DNA of 64,000 bases from Octopus sinensis (lineage: Eukaryota). Location: NCBI RefSeq assembly GCF_006345805.1, contig NW_021832232.1, positions 62,001 to 126,000 on the forward strand, given 5' to 3'. Under the pieces are notes generated by a model. The model was not told the DNA's origin. It made no database searches and was given only the letters and a program-made list of their open reading frames with translations. The translations under genes and the position numbers were made by a program. This document shows, piece after piece, positions 63,060-64,000 of the stretch; position 1 is the first letter of the stretch; each line of letters starts with the position of its first letter.

Positions 63060-63630
63060 AATATGGAATTAAGAAATCTAGGAGATTGAAAACTTATTCT
63101 GTCTAGTCAGTAGTCGCAAATAAATGTGGAAATTCGTGTTGACACGACAATAAGTACGGATCTGAAGGTCGAGAATAACAACCCGGACATCTTCGTATTC
63201 GACAAATGAGGAACACAATCATGTTTATTGAGATTGGGATCACCTCTCAAAAAAACCTAAAGCAAGTTGAGGTGGAAAAGCTTTATAAGTACAACTTAGC
63301 CTCCACTGATACTAAAGTGGGACGGTGATGTGAGTAAATTCTACATACATCACTGCGTTCAATTGATCTCGAAGGACCCACACGAGCTTACATCCAGTCT
63401 GTGGTCATCTGGAAAACATTGAAGAGCATGCGTGCAGATTATAAGTTTGGGATTTACCCACCTGAGATCGTAAAATGACCCGGTTTGCAAAGGCAACGAT
63501 GGAGGAAGTTTCCTCAAGTGAGATCATAAAATCCAAATAGAGAAACCACAAAAGTGGCCTTCGATAACATTGATTCGGACTCGAAGAAGAGGATCGACTG
63601 AAAGCAGACGTACTAATTAAAAACTAATTT
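63060..63630 (+). mobile_element. RLE domain remnant of an R4/Dong-like retroelement
   Basis: NNPDIFVFDK, IEIGITSQKNLKQVEVEKLYKY, WDGDVSK and RAYIQSVVIWKTL. Confidence 0.8.
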
Positions 63631-63793
63631 TATCTGGACTTTTCAATTTTAGAATTTTCTTAAACTTCGCGTGCTAGTTTAAGAAAGATATGGCAACAAA
63701 TACACTCTGAATTAATTACTAATTGTTGGAATAATTGATGAATGTCGTTTTCAAACTCTCTTATTAGTGAATAATGAATTGAAGAGTTTAAGT

Positions 63794-64000
63794 CAGTGGT
63801 TCTCAAACTTTTTTTCCTTGCGTACCCCTTGCCATCTAAATAATTTTTCGCGTACCCCTTATCGATTTTAAAAAATTAAGGAAAAAAAATATTTAATTAA
63901 TGAGATGGATGGTGTTGTTTATCAATCACTAATCTATCGATTTCTGGATCCTTTGACGAAGACACACCCGAATATCATGAACAACATTCAGCCTCGCACG
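63794..64000 (-). mobile_element. hAT (Buster-like) element end running off the window
   Basis: TIR CAGTGGTTCTCAAAC at 63794. The minus strand encodes the C-terminus RARLNVVHDIRVC..DPEIDRLVIDKQHHPSH*. Confidence 0.8.

Noticed and set aside
1-64000. CRISPR array, or Fanzor/TnpB-like ORF near the Tc1, Helitron or hAT remnants
   Set aside because: No regularly spaced repeat-spacer array and no RuvC or zinc-finger (RDxNAA.N-type) motif was seen.
1-64000. tRNA, rRNA, snRNA or spliced-leader RNA genes
   Set aside because: GTTCGA matches (e.g. 1781, 2390) lie in introns or exons without a cloverleaf. No U1, U2, U6 or 5S signature was recognised by eye.

Overview
Eukaryotic, most likely animal, genomic DNA. 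It is AT-rich with GC-richer gene islands, and genes are split by very short spliceosomal introns (mostly 22-29 nt), so the ORF track shows only fragments. Manual splicing recovers about 16 genes: prefoldin 5, PGM2, Su(z)12, IPMK, RFC1, a calreticulin-like gene, a divergent GSK3, a PKA regulatory subunit, an anoctamin, an RFX1/2/3-type factor, LRRCC1, an ORD-only OSBP, SLD5/GINS4, GCP3, CEP44 and a DLG-like MAGUK, plus a decayed axonemal dynein fragment. Between them is a dense mix of transposon debris: CRE-type and R4-like restriction-like-endonuclease (RLE) retroelements, APE-type LINEs, hAT, Helitron, Tc1, Tigger and Ginger-like pieces. Tiny introns plus animal-type and ciliary genes fit a reduced ciliated parasite such as a dicyemid mesozoan; this is inference only. 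Most notable: (1) a 486-bp cassette with terminal inverted repeats (TIRs) and a 9-bp target-site duplication (TSD) whose only cargo is an intact RLE nuclease ORF; (2) repeated C-rich to G-rich strand-skew flips inside gene islands, visible even in introns; (3) tiny introns with GC donors, GAG/AAG acceptors and often no polypyrimidine tract; (4) X-box-like motifs just upstream of RFX, LRRCC1 and CEP44; (5) a GSK3 with Pro at the primed-phosphate-binding Arg96 position. No tRNA, rRNA or CRISPR array was recognised. Gene models were spliced by eye, so ends may be off by an exon.
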